NCBI GenBank assembly: GCA_963795085.1
Contig: CAWCFX010000004.1
Location: forward strand, 384,001 to 448,000
DNA: 64,000 nt
Origin: an uncultured Gemmatimonadales bacterium
Lineage (GTDB): Bacteria > Gemmatimonadota > Gemmatimonadetes > Gemmatimonadales > GWC2-71-9
Reading direction: 5' to 3'
The position numbers and the translations under genes are program-made. The notes beneath the pieces were generated by a model. The model was not told the DNA's origin, made no database searches, and saw only the letters and a program-made list of their open reading frames with translations. Every line of letters begins with the position of its first letter. The first letter of the stretch is position 1. Shown one piece after another: positions 38,217-47,622 of the stretch.

Positions 38217-39322
38217 TGATGCCGCGCCTTACCCTGCTTGCCCTGTTCGCCCTGGCCGGTTGTACCCCCAGCCAGGATCCTCTCGTCATCGGACTGGCGG
38301 GCCCCTTCAACCAGCCCCGCGGCGAATCCATGCGGCTGGCCGCCGAACTGGCCGCGAACGAGATCAACGCCGCCGGAGGGATCGGCGGCCGTCGGATTGA
38401 GCTGGCCATTCGCGACGACAGCGCCAACAGCGACGCCGCCATCCGCGCGGCCCAGTCATTCTACGACGATGCCCGGGTCGTGGCCGTCGTGGGCCACCTG
38501 ACCAGCGGCGCGACACTGGCCGCGGCGCCCATCTACAACGGCGGGGAGCGCCCGCTGGTCGAGATCTCCCCCTCCGCCTCGAGTCCCCTGGTGTCCGGGG
38601 CGGGGCCGTGGACATTCCGGGTCTGTCCTGCCGAGGAAACCCATGGCGCCCGGCTGGCCGACTGGGCCTGGAACAACATGGGACTGCGGCAGGTCGCGAT
38701 CCTCTACGAGAACACCGACTATGGCCGCGGCGTCCGGGGCGCCTTTGCGGAGCACTTCCGCCGCCTGGGCGGCCGGGTCGCGACCCAGGACCCCTACCTG
38801 GTCGGCGCGCCCGAGGTCACGCCCTATCTGGCGCGGCTGCAAACCATGTCCGGCGTGGATGCCGTCATGCTGGCCGGCTCCCGGGCCGAGGGCGAGGCGA
38901 TCACTGCCAGCATGAGCCGGATGGGCATTCGGTCGCCGGTGCTTGCCGGTGACGGCATGGTGGGACTCGAACGCGCGGAAACGGCGCCGGGGAACCTGGT
39001 CATCAGCATGATGTACCTCCCCGACCAGCCGGGAGAAAAGAACCGGGCCTTCGTGGCCGCCTACCAGGCCGCCTATGGCGACCGGCTCCCCGATCATCGG
39101 GGCGCCTCCGCCTATGACATCATGTACTTGCTCGCTGAAGGGTTCCGGAGCGGCGCCACCAGCAGGGAGGGGGTCAGGAAATTCCTTAGCGGCGTGGGTA
39201 CGAGCGGGCCCCCCTTTGAAGGTGTCACCGGCACCATCGCGTTCGACGAGAACGGCGACGTGCCCGGCAAGCCGGTGGTGGTAGGGACCGCGCAAAGCGG
39301 AAGGCTGGTATCGGCCCGCTAA
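38213..39322 (+). CDS. LivK/LivJ-type ABC substrate-binding lipoprotein
   Basis: LAGC lipobox, EINAAGGIGGRRIEL, VVGHLTSG, FEGVTGTIAFDENGD. Confidence 0.88.
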   Translation: MMMPRLTLLALFALAGCTPSQDPLVIGLAGPFNQPRGESMRLAAELAANEINAAGGIGGRRIELAIRDDSANSDAAIRAAQSFYDDARVVAVVGHLTSGATLAAAPIYNGGERPLVEISPSASSPLVSGAGPWTFRVCPAEETHGARLADWAWNNMGLRQVAILYENTDYGRGVRGAFAEHFRRLGGRVATQDPYLVGAPEVTPYLARLQTMSGVDAVMLAGSRAEGEAITASMSRMGIRSPVLAGDGMVGLERAETAPGNLVISMMYLPDQPGEKNRAFVAAYQAAYGDRLPDHRGASAYDIMYLLAEGFRSGATSREGVRKFLSGVGTSGPPFEGVTGTIAFDENGDVPGKPVVVGTAQSGRLVSAR

Positions 39323-39408
39323 GCCGCCGGCCCCTAGCGGAATCGAGGTTCCCGCCGCAGACTATTCCCATCTCCGCCGGTTGTTCAACTCGGAATGGCA
39401 GATGGCAT

Positions 39409-39603
39409 ATGGCCGACGTTCAACGGCTCATGGCTGCAAGCGTGCGCGCGCTGGGAAGCCTGGCGGTTGTCGCGCTCCTCGCGTCGTTCTCTCCGCCCCC
39501 GGCCGCGGCGCAGCGGGTCCGGCTGGTGGTCCCGATGGCCGAGCTCGAATTCCAGATCGCCCAGGTGCGGGCCACACTCGACTCCCTGCCGGCCGTGCCA
39601 TGA
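39409..39603 (+). pseudogene. Probable internally deleted paralog of the downstream TPR gene (64 aa)
   Basis: Signal peptide plus AAAQRVRLVVPMAELE joined to FQIAQVRATLDSLP, echoing both ends of the next protein; ATGA overlap. Confidence 0.5.
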
Positions 39604-40802
39604 TCCTCAACTGTACACGTCCGCGCGGGCGTCTCTGGCTGCTGGCCGCGCTGGCCACCGGGTGGGCCCCGCAGGTGGCGGCTCAACGTCCGCTGCCCAT
39701 CGAGGAACTCCGGCGCCGTGCGGTGGCCGATTCCAACGATCCGATGGCCCACTACCAGCTCGCCATGGGGTACTGGGAAAAGAAGAAATGGGACGAAGCC
39801 GAGGCCGCCTTGCGCGAGTCCCTCGCGCTGGCACCCCAGTTTGCCGACGGGCTGCTGGCCCTCGCCGTGCTGCCCGAGATGCGCGGCGAACGGTACTGGC
39901 GCAGGTTCGCGGAGCAACGGGGCCGGGCGGCGGCCGATTCGGTCATCCAGGCCAATACCCGGCTGGTGCAGCGGGCCTTTCTCAATAACCCACTCCTCGA
40001 CCTCCGGATTCTTGGCCGTTTCGAAGCCCCCACCTTCGCGATCGCGCCGGGGTTGGTGCTGCGGTTCTGGTGGATGCACGATTTTCATCGGGGGGTGAAC
40101 GACCTGCGGGAATCGAAGAACGCGGAGGCGTACGAGCGATTCGAGAAGATCCTGGCCGACCGCCGGGTCAGCGCCGACCGGATGGACGTGCCCGGCTTCA
40201 TCCTGTGGCATCACGGCCAGGCCGCGGTCCGCACCGGCCACCTGGACCAGGCCATCCAGGACTTTGCGATCCTTACCGGCCGGGCCTTCAGCGCGGAAGA
40301 GATGAATGCGAGCCTGTCGGTCCCCATCCAGACCAACGACTACCGGTTTACCCTGGCCACGCTCTACCTCATGGCCGGACGGCTGGACGAGGCGGCGGCG
40401 ACCTTCCGTCGGGTGCTGGAGTTCGATATCGGCGTGTACCAGGCCCACATGCAGCTGGCCCGTATCTACGAGACCCGGCAGATGTGGGCACCCGCCATCG
40501 CCGCACGCCGCGACGCGATCGCCGTGAATCCGGATGACACGTCCCTCCTGATTGACCTCGGCCTGACCCTGGCCCGGGCCGGCAGGCTGGACGAAGCCAT
40601 GGAGGAACTGACGCTCGCAGCCGAGGAGCGGGCCCGCGATCCCCGCGCCGCCTATACTCTCGGCCTGGTAGCCCTGCAGCGGCAGGACCGTGCGACGGCC
40701 CGCCAGGAGTTTGCCCGCTTTCTGAGCCTGGTGCCCAGCACCGAGTCCTTCCAGATCGGCGAAGCGAAAAAGCGCCTGGCCGAGCTGGAGACGTCTCCCT
40801 GA
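39600..40802 (+). CDS. Secreted tetratricopeptide repeat protein
   Basis: Signal peptide; multiple TPR-like motifs (AHYQLAMGY, AHMQLARIY, LIDLGLTL, AAYTLGLV). Confidence 0.85.
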   Translation: MILNCTRPRGRLWLLAALATGWAPQVAAQRPLPIEELRRRAVADSNDPMAHYQLAMGYWEKKKWDEAEAALRESLALAPQFADGLLALAVLPEMRGERYWRRFAEQRGRAAADSVIQANTRLVQRAFLNNPLLDLRILGRFEAPTFAIAPGLVLRFWWMHDFHRGVNDLRESKNAEAYERFEKILADRRVSADRMDVPGFILWHHGQAAVRTGHLDQAIQDFAILTGRAFSAEEMNASLSVPIQTNDYRFTLATLYLMAGRLDEAAATFRRVLEFDIGVYQAHMQLARIYETRQMWAPAIAARRDAIAVNPDDTSLLIDLGLTLARAGRLDEAMEELTLAAEERARDPRAAYTLGLVALQRQDRATARQEFARFLSLVPSTESFQIGEAKKRLAELETSP

Positions 40803-40819
40803 GTTTCCAAGGAGCAACC

Positions 40820-42373
40820 GTGAGAATCCGAGCCTCCCGCCTGCTGCTCCTGTGCGTGATTTCGGCGGTCCGGCCCCCGGTGGCCGCGGCCCAGGCGACG
40901 TCCTATGAGCAGCTCCAGACCTTCTCGGGAATTCTGAACCAGATCCGCCTCAACTACGTGGACTCGGTGGGGTATGGGGAGCTGGTGCGGGCCGCGATCG
41001 ACGGCGTCCTCTCCTCCCTCGACCCGCACAGCTACTTCCTGACCCGGGAGGACGGCCTGCGGATGCTGGCCTACGAAGCGGGCCAGCTGGCGGGGACCGG
41101 CCTGTTCCTCGACGAAGTGGACGGCGAGATAACCGTGCAGGCGGTGTTGCCCCGAAGCCCCGCTGCCCGGGCCGGAGTAGCGACCGGGGACCGCCTGCTT
41201 CAGGTGAACGACACGACCGTCGCCGGCCTCTCGTCCCAGGCGCTCCGTGCCCGCATGCTGGGCGAACGAGGGACCCGGGTGCGGTTCCACCTGGCGCGGG
41301 GCCCCCGGAGCGAACCCGACACGGTACGGGTCTCTCTCAAGTACGATTTCATCGAGCCACGGTCCGTCTCCATTGCCCGGATGGCCGGTCCCACGACCGG
41401 GTATGTCCGGCTCCAGGGGTTTCATCGCGAGGCGGGGAGAGAGGTGGGCGATGCCCTGAAGAAGCTGCGCTCCTCCGGTGCCCGCGAGGCCATTCTCGAC
41501 CTCCGCGGCAACCCCGGGGGCATCGTGTACGCCGCGGTGGAGATCGCCTCCATCTTTTTCCCCGAGAGCGTACTGGTGTTCCGGACTGACGGCCGCCGCC
41601 GCGCCGCCCGGCAGTCCTTCACGACCGAGAGGAACGGCAGCTTCCGGGATATTCCCCTGGTGGTCCTGATCGATGCCGGGAGCGCCAGCGCGGCCGAGGC
41701 GCTGGCAGGATCACTCCAGGATCACGATCGCGCTCTGATTATCGGACGCCGCAGTTTTGGCAAGGCGCTGATGCAGCGGCCCTTCGAGGTGCCGCCGGCG
41801 GGGGACGTCGTCTGGCTGACGGTGGGGCACATCGTGACGCCCAGCGGCCGGTTCATTCAACGGCAGTACCGGGGCCTGGTCGCGGAGCAGTACCGGGTCC
41901 TGGCCGGCGGCTCTGGAGCCGCCACCGATACGGCCAAGGTCTATCGCACCGATGCGGGACGGGAGGTGCGGGGCGGCGGAGGCATCGCTCCCGATGTCAT
42001 CCTGCCCGGCCGCTCCGACCTCCCGGCCTGGTTCAGCGAGGCGGCCGAAAAGGGTCTGATCGAGGCCATCGCCGACAGCGTGGCCAACTCGCTGCCGGCA
42101 GACCGGGCGTCCCGGGACAGGTTCGCCGCCTCCGCGGCTCCGTGGGACGAGCAGGTGGTGGTTCCCTTTCTGGCCCGGTCCCGCGGGCAGCTGGGCGCCC
42201 TGGTCGAGCCCGATTCGGTGGCCCGGTCGTACATCGGCTTTATCCTGGCCAATCGGGCCGCCGAGGTGCGCTGGGGCCAGGAGGCCCAGGAAGAGCTGTT
42301 CATCCGGCATGATTCAGATATCCAGGCCGCACTGGCCTATTTTCCCCGGCTACCCCAGCTCCTCCGGCCCTGA
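40820..42373 (+). CDS. S41 family carboxyl-terminal processing protease with PDZ domain
   Basis: LDPHSY, SPAARAG, LDLRGNPGG, SASAAE (Ser), SFGK (Lys), GGIAPD. Confidence 0.92.
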   Translation: MRIRASRLLLLCVISAVRPPVAAAQATSYEQLQTFSGILNQIRLNYVDSVGYGELVRAAIDGVLSSLDPHSYFLTREDGLRMLAYEAGQLAGTGLFLDEVDGEITVQAVLPRSPAARAGVATGDRLLQVNDTTVAGLSSQALRARMLGERGTRVRFHLARGPRSEPDTVRVSLKYDFIEPRSVSIARMAGPTTGYVRLQGFHREAGREVGDALKKLRSSGAREAILDLRGNPGGIVYAAVEIASIFFPESVLVFRTDGRRRAARQSFTTERNGSFRDIPLVVLIDAGSASAAEALAGSLQDHDRALIIGRRSFGKALMQRPFEVPPAGDVVWLTVGHIVTPSGRFIQRQYRGLVAEQYRVLAGGSGAATDTAKVYRTDAGREVRGGGGIAPDVILPGRSDLPAWFSEAAEKGLIEAIADSVANSLPADRASRDRFAASAAPWDEQVVVPFLARSRGQLGALVEPDSVARSYIGFILANRAAEVRWGQEAQEELFIRHDSDIQAALAYFPRLPQLLRP

Positions 42374-42418
42374 TCGCCCCCAATCCCCCAAACCCCCGGT
42401 TTGGCGTTATTTTGCGGC

Positions 42419-44545
42419 ATGGCAACCAGAACCCAGAGCCGGTCCCAGGCCGCCGGCCAACTCGACAAGGCCGAGCTGCTCGACCTCTACCGCATCATGC
42501 TCCTGTCCCGGCGTATCGACGACAAGGAGATTCAGCTCAAGCGCCAGAACAAGATTTTCTTTCAGATCTCCGGCGCCGGCCACGAAGGGATCCTCGCCGC
42601 CGCCTCCAAGGTCTTCCGCCCCGCCTACGACTGGTTCTACACCTACTACCGCGACCGTGCGCTCTGCCTCGGCCTGGGGATGACCGCGACCGAGCAGTTG
42701 CTGTCCGCCGTGGGAGCCGCCGCCGACCCCAACTCGGGCGGCCGCCAGATGCCCTCCCACTGGGGCCACAAGGACCTCAACATCGTCAGCGCGTCCAGCC
42801 CAACCGGGACCCAGTTCCTCCAGGCGGTGGGCTGCGCGGAAGCCTGGCTCCGCTATTCGCGGAATGAGCTGATTACCGACCGGGACCAGCTGATCAACGG
42901 GGACGAGGTCGTCTTCTGCTCCACCGGCGACGGCACCACCAGCGAGGGCGAGTTCTGGGAAGCGATGAACTCGGCCAGCAACCTCAAGCTGCCGGTGGTG
43001 TTCGTGGTGGAGGACAACAAGTATGCGATCTCCGTTCCGGTCGAGGTGAATACCGCCGGTGGGTCCATTTCAAAACTGGTGGCGTCGTTCCCCCACCTTC
43101 ACCTGGAAGAAGTGGACGGGTGCGACGTGATCGCCTCGTACCATGCGCTATCCCGCGCGGTGGACCACGCCCGGCAGCGGAAGGGGCCCGCCCTGGTGCA
43201 TGCCCACGTGATCCGGCCGTACAGCCACTCGCTGTCGGATGACGAGGTGCAGTACCGGACGCCGGCCGAGCGGGAGGAAGATGCGAAGAAAGATCCCATC
43301 ACCCGCTTCCCGAAGCAGCTGGTGGAGCAGGGCATTGCGTCCGAGTCCGAGATCGAGGCCATCAAGGCCCAGGTAGAGGAAGAGGTCGCGGCGGCCACCG
43401 AAACCGCCCTCGCCTCACCCCAGCCGGCCACCGACACCATCTACCAGTACGTCTATTCCCCGGACGTGGACCCCACCTCGGAGCAGTTCGACACCGAGGA
43501 CGATCCAAAGTTCTCGGGTGAGCCGACCACCATGGTGGACCTGCTCAACGCCTGCCTGAAAGACGAGATGGCGCGGGATCCCCGCATCGTCCTGTTCGGG
43601 CAGGATGTCGCCGATGCCAGCCGGGAAGCCTCGCTGCCCGACGTCAAAGGCAAAGGGGGCGTATTCAAGGTGACCTGGGGGCTGCAGCGGGCGTTCGGCG
43701 GGAACCGGGTCTATAACTCGCCCCTGGCCGAGGCCAATATCGTGGGGCGGGCGATCGGCCTGGCCACCCGCGGCCTCAAGCCGGTGGTCGAGATCCAGTT
43801 CTTTGATTACATCTGGCCGGCGTACATGCAGTTGCGGAACGAGCTGGCCGTGTTGCGCTGGCGGTCCAACAACGCCTTTGCCGCCCCCGTCGTGGTGCGG
43901 GTGACCTATGGCGGGTACCTCAAGGGCGGCTCGGTCTATCACTCGCAAACCGGTGCGGCGGTGTTCACCTGTATCCCCGGAATCCGGGTGGTATGTCCCG
44001 CCACCGCCCTCGATGCCAATGGTCTCCTGCGCACCGCTATCCGGTGCGAGGATCCGGTCCTGTTCCTCGAGCACAAGCACCTGTACCGCCAGACCTACAA
44101 CAAGGCGCCCAATCCCGGGCCCAACTTCATGATCCCGCTGGGCAAGGCCAAGGTGGTGCGGGAAGGCAGCGACCTGACGGTGGTGACCTACGGCGCCGTG
44201 GTACAGCGTGCCCTGGTCGCGGCCAAGGAGCTGGAGGAGCAGAAGGGAATCCGGGTCGAAGTGGTCGACCTCCGGTCGCTTTCCCCGGTGGACTGGGACA
44301 CCATCTACGCTTCGGTTAGGAAAACCAACAAGGTGATCGTTGCCTACGAGGATTCGCTCAGTTGGGGTTACGGCTCGGAGATCTCGGCCCGGATCGCCGA
44401 CGAGATGTTCGCCTTCCTCGACGCACCGGTCCGCCGGGTGGCGTCCACCGACACGTTCGTGGCCTACGCCCCGGAGCTGGAAGACGCGATCCTGCCCCAA
44501 GTGGCGAACCTGCGGTTGGCCATGGAAGAAGTCGTGCGGTTTTGA
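42419..44545 (+). CDS. Fused alpha/beta E1 of a 2-oxoacid (probably branched-chain) dehydrogenase
   Basis: [25 protein letters not shown]...DN TPP motif, HSLSDD, EIQFFDY, HSQ, FLEHK. Confidence 0.92.
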   Translation: MATRTQSRSQAAGQLDKAELLDLYRIMLLSRRIDDKEIQLKRQNKIFFQISGAGHEGILAAASKVFRPAYDWFYTYYRDRALCLGLGMTATEQLLSAVGAAADPNSGGRQMPSHWGHKDLNIVSASSPTGTQFLQAVGCAEAWLRYSRNELITDRDQLINGDEVVFCSTGDGTTSEGEFWEAMNSASNLKLPVVFVVEDNKYAISVPVEVNTAGGSISKLVASFPHLHLEEVDGCDVIASYHALSRAVDHARQRKGPALVHAHVIRPYSHSLSDDEVQYRTPAEREEDAKKDPITRFPKQLVEQGIASESEIEAIKAQVEEEVAAATETALASPQPATDTIYQYVYSPDVDPTSEQFDTEDDPKFSGEPTTMVDLLNACLKDEMARDPRIVLFGQDVADASREASLPDVKGKGGVFKVTWGLQRAFGGNRVYNSPLAEANIVGRAIGLATRGLKPVVEIQFFDYIWPAYMQLRNELAVLRWRSNNAFAAPVVVRVTYGGYLKGGSVYHSQTGAAVFTCIPGIRVVCPATALDANGLLRTAIRCEDPVLFLEHKHLYRQTYNKAPNPGPNFMIPLGKAKVVREGSDLTVVTYGAVVQRALVAAKELEEQKGIRVEVVDLRSLSPVDWDTIYASVRKTNKVIVAYEDSLSWGYGSEISARIADEMFAFLDAPVRRVASTDTFVAYAPELEDAILPQVANLRLAMEEVVRF

Positions 44546-44616
44546 GGATTACCAACGGCCATTAGTCGTCGAGCCAATAGACGCTGACCATAGCGACTCA
44601 GGGCTAGTGGCAATAA

Positions 44617-44654
44617 GGGAGCCCCTGAATCGAACGATTCATCCAGGGCTCCCC
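44617..44654 (-). terminator. GC-rich hairpin, possible intrinsic terminator
   Basis: GGGAGCCC...GGGCTCCC stem with inner AATCG/CGATT; followed by TTATT on the minus strand. Confidence 0.5.
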
Positions 44655-45007
44655 GGCCGGTTTCCGGCGTTGTTGGCGGCGGTCGTGCCGCGCTGATAGA
44701 GCGATGTAATCACCCGCTCAGGTGGTGTCCTGCCTTGGAAACGTTTCTCGTAAGCGTCATATCGGAGGCCCGTCGCAAACCCCGGCGAGCGTCCACGCCC
44801 TCCTTTCACGACGCAGTGTACTTGCATAGTTGCACTCGGTACCGCCCGCGTCAAGTACAACTTTCCGAGCAGTCAAAGGGTGAGCGGTCAGTCACAACTT
44901 CTCGCCGCTCACCTCGAACCTGTTCAGGCTCCCACCCGCGCTTCCGATGTGAGTGGAGCCATATCTCCAGAACTTCCAGCACCGTTGGCGGGAAAGCCGC
45001 CTCGGGC

Positions 45008-45081
45008 GTGCAGGGTGCAGAGTGCAGAGTGCAGGGTGCAGAGTGCAGGGTGCAGGGTGCAGGGTGCAGAGTGCAGGGTGC
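45008..45081 (+). repeat. Tandem heptamer GTGCAG(G/A), 10 full copies plus a partial
   Basis: Directly visible. Confidence 0.95.
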
Positions 45082-45083
45082 TC

Positions 45084-45476
45084 CTATGGTGCCGGCGGCC
45101 GGACCGGAATCGTGATCACTCCGGTGCCCCCTGAAATCACGAACGCGGTGGCCACGCTGTCCCGCATGGTGACCTCGTAGCGCCTTGAGTGGGAGCGTGC
45201 CGGCAGGGTAAGGCGGTCTCCGACGTACCGGCTTCCGTATGTGCTATCCTCGACGACATCAAGGCCGGCACCCCGCTGCCCGACTCTCCATCGCACCGAT
45301 TCAGGTTCGTTCCCCAGAAACGCTTCCACCGTCACCAGCCTGGATTCACCGTTGTCCAGGATGACGATCGACGGGTCACTCCGCACCTCGGCGGTCGGAG
45401 GGCCCAGATCCACCTCCCTGACGCATGCCGCGGCCAGCAGAATACCTACGCTGGCCAGGTACCTCAAATGCTGCAC
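45084..45476 (-). CDS. Hypothetical lipoprotein
   Basis: GGAGG before GTG at 45476; LAAAC lipobox. Confidence 0.65.
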   Translation of the reverse strand: MQHLRYLASVGILLAAACVREVDLGPPTAEVRSDPSIVILDNGESRLVTVEAFLGNEPESVRWRVGQRGAGLDVVEDSTYGSRYVGDRLTLPARSHSRRYEVTMRDSVATAFVISGGTGVITIPVRPPAP

Positions 45477-45572
45477 GTTTACCTCCCTTCGGGACCCTTG
45501 TAAGACGACGGACCGCCGAGTGAGAGACACACCGGGCACGAGGGCATGACGGAAAGGGTGCAGAGGCCTTGG

Positions 45573-46589
45573 CTACGGCTTCAGCACCGTCCACTCCACT
45601 TCGTTCAGCAGGTTCCCCACCGCTTCCGCGGAGTCGCTGGTGTAGGCGAAGCATCCCGGTCCCCCGCTTGGACTTACCCCGTTCAGCCGTCCCACCGTTT
45701 CCCGCACCCAATCGTCGTAGCTGCCCCGCATGCAGAAACGGACCAGGTAGGGTGGTTTGATCTCCAGCGGGACAATCTCGCCGCTCCGCACCCGGCGTAC
45801 CGCCCGGGCGGCGGCGTTCCGGAGCATCCGGTGGACCGTGGCGGGGGGCAGGGTGATGGCCGCCGAGCGGGAGACGGCGGTCTTGACGGTGACCAGCTCG
45901 ATGTTGCCGAGCATCTCGCCGGTTTCCGAGGTCAGGGCGTCGTCCCCGGCGGCCAGGGCCAAGGGGACTCCCATCTCTCCGCCGATGAAGGCGGCGATGC
46001 CTGCCTCGTTCAAAACCTTGCCATTCACCGTGAAGGAATCGAAGGCAAAGTTGTGCGCGATGATGCCCGGGCTGCCGGCGTTGGCGTGGGCCCCGACGAT
46101 CATCATGGCATCCACCATCGGGTTGAGCCCGGTGGACATCACGATCGGCTTGGGGTACCCGCGGATCAGGATCGCCGCCGGGTCCAGCTGCTCCACCAGG
46201 ACGTTCCTGAACAGGGTACCGCCGTGCCCCTCGTTGACGATGAACTGGGTTGCGCCGGCCAGCCGCGCCCCGGCGATGAGGGCATTCACCTCGTCGGTCA
46301 GTTCCTGCCGGAACCGCTCGTGCTGGGGGGAGCCGCCCCGGGCCACCGGGCGCATCTCGGTGGCGTTCCGCACTGCGCTGGCCAGCCCTTCCATGTCGGC
46401 GATGATATACACGGTGAACCCGGTCGCCTGCATGTCCTCTTCCAGCTTGCGCCGGGCTTCCTGGTATTCGGTGACGCCGTAATACGCCGCCGGCGGGGTG
46501 GTATCCCGGGGCGGCGCCTGCTGGGCCTGCTGGGCCGGGTTCTGGAGAACCAGCGCCGCGGTGGCCGTGGCGAGAAGGGTGAGGATCAT
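45573..46589 (-). CDS. M55 (DppA-like) D-aminopeptidase with signal peptide, copy 1
   Basis: IADMEG, NEGHGG, GAHA, LNEAG, GDD. Confidence 0.85.
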   Translation of the reverse strand: MILTLLATATAALVLQNPAQQAQQAPPRDTTPPAAYYGVTEYQEARRKLEEDMQATGFTVYIIADMEGLASAVRNATEMRPVARGGSPQHERFRQELTDEVNALIAGARLAGATQFIVNEGHGGTLFRNVLVEQLDPAAILIRGYPKPIVMSTGLNPMVDAMMIVGAHANAGSPGIIAHNFAFDSFTVNGKVLNEAGIAAFIGGEMGVPLALAAGDDALTSETGEMLGNIELVTVKTAVSRSAAITLPPATVHRMLRNAAARAVRRVRSGEIVPLEIKPPYLVRFCMRGSYDDWVRETVGRLNGVSPSGGPGCFAYTSDSAEAVGNLLNEVEWTVLKP

Positions 46590-47578
46590 CGGAGCACCAC
46601 TTCTTCGATGGCGTCCAGCAGGTAACCCATTTCCCTCGCGCTGTCGGTCACCAGCCGGAAGCTGCGCTCACCGGTCTTTTCCAACCTGAACTCGGACAGC
46701 CGGCTCACCCCGGTCACGATGCTGTCGGGGAAACTGCGGCGCAGCATGAAGTCCACGGTGTACGGCCGTTCCATGGTGAAGGGCTTGAAGTCGCCGCGCC
46801 GCTCCCGCCGCACCGCCTCGGCGGCGGCGGTCTGCAGCATCCGCCGCACCCGCTCCGGGCTGTACGTGATGGCGGCGCTCCTCCCGACCGCCTTTTTCAC
46901 CACCACACCAATGACCCCGTTGCCGAGCATGGCCTGGGTCTCCTCCACCAGGACGTCGTCCCCGCTGACCAGCGAGACCGACACTCCCATCTCGCCGGCG
47001 ATCAGCGCGTTGATCCCCACCTCGTTCAGCTTCCGGCCGTTCACGGTGAACTCGTCGAAGGCAAAGTTGTGGGCCATGACCCCGGGGCTGCCCGCGTTGG
47101 CGTGGGCCCCGGTGAACATCATGGTGCCGAACGAGCTGTCGATCCCGGTTATCATCACCAGGGGCTTGGGAAAGCCCCGCACCAGAATGGCGGTGCTGTC
47201 CAGCTCCCAGGGCAGCACGTTGGCGAACATGTTGCCGCCATGGCCCTCGTTGACCACGAAACTGCGGGCCCCCGCGAGGCGGGCCCCCCGGATGGTGGCG
47301 TTGACCTCCTGGGTCAGCAGCATCCGGAAGCGGTCCCAGTAGTCGGGGCTGGTGAGGTTCTTGTACCGCTCTCCCTCGTTGCCCGCGATGACCTCGTGGA
47401 TATCTACCGCGCTGCCCATGCCTTCCATGTCCGGGACGATGAAGACCCGGAAGCCGGCTTCTGATGGCACCGTCTTGGCGCGAAAGTGCTCGGCTCGCGC
47501 CTGGGCCGGTGTCTGCGCGAGCGCGGCCGGGGCGGCGGTGGCAGCCACCAGGCCAAGGCCGACAATCTTCCAGAGCAT
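46586..47578 (-). CDS. M55 (DppA-like) D-aminopeptidase with signal peptide, copy 2
   Basis: VPDMEG, NEGHGG, GAHA, LNEVG, SGDD; GGAGG before ATG at 47578. Confidence 0.85.
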   Translation of the reverse strand: MLWKIVGLGLVAATAAPAALAQTPAQARAEHFRAKTVPSEAGFRVFIVPDMEGMGSAVDIHEVIAGNEGERYKNLTSPDYWDRFRMLLTQEVNATIRGARLAGARSFVVNEGHGGNMFANVLPWELDSTAILVRGFPKPLVMITGIDSSFGTMMFTGAHANAGSPGVMAHNFAFDEFTVNGRKLNEVGINALIAGEMGVSVSLVSGDDVLVEETQAMLGNGVIGVVVKKAVGRSAAITYSPERVRRMLQTAAAEAVRRERRGDFKPFTMERPYTVDFMLRRSFPDSIVTGVSRLSEFRLEKTGERSFRLVTDSAREMGYLLDAIEEVVLR

Positions 47579-47622
47579 GTGTCCTCCATCCAGAGTCAAG
47601 GGAGCCTTCCGGGATAGCGCGG

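Noticed and set aside
42419..44545. E1 alpha/beta fusion as a novelty
   Set aside because: Fused E1 subunits are common in several phyla.
44546..45007. tmRNA, RNase P RNA or tRNA
   Set aside because: No tRNA-like ends, T-loop or RNase P conserved motif on either strand.
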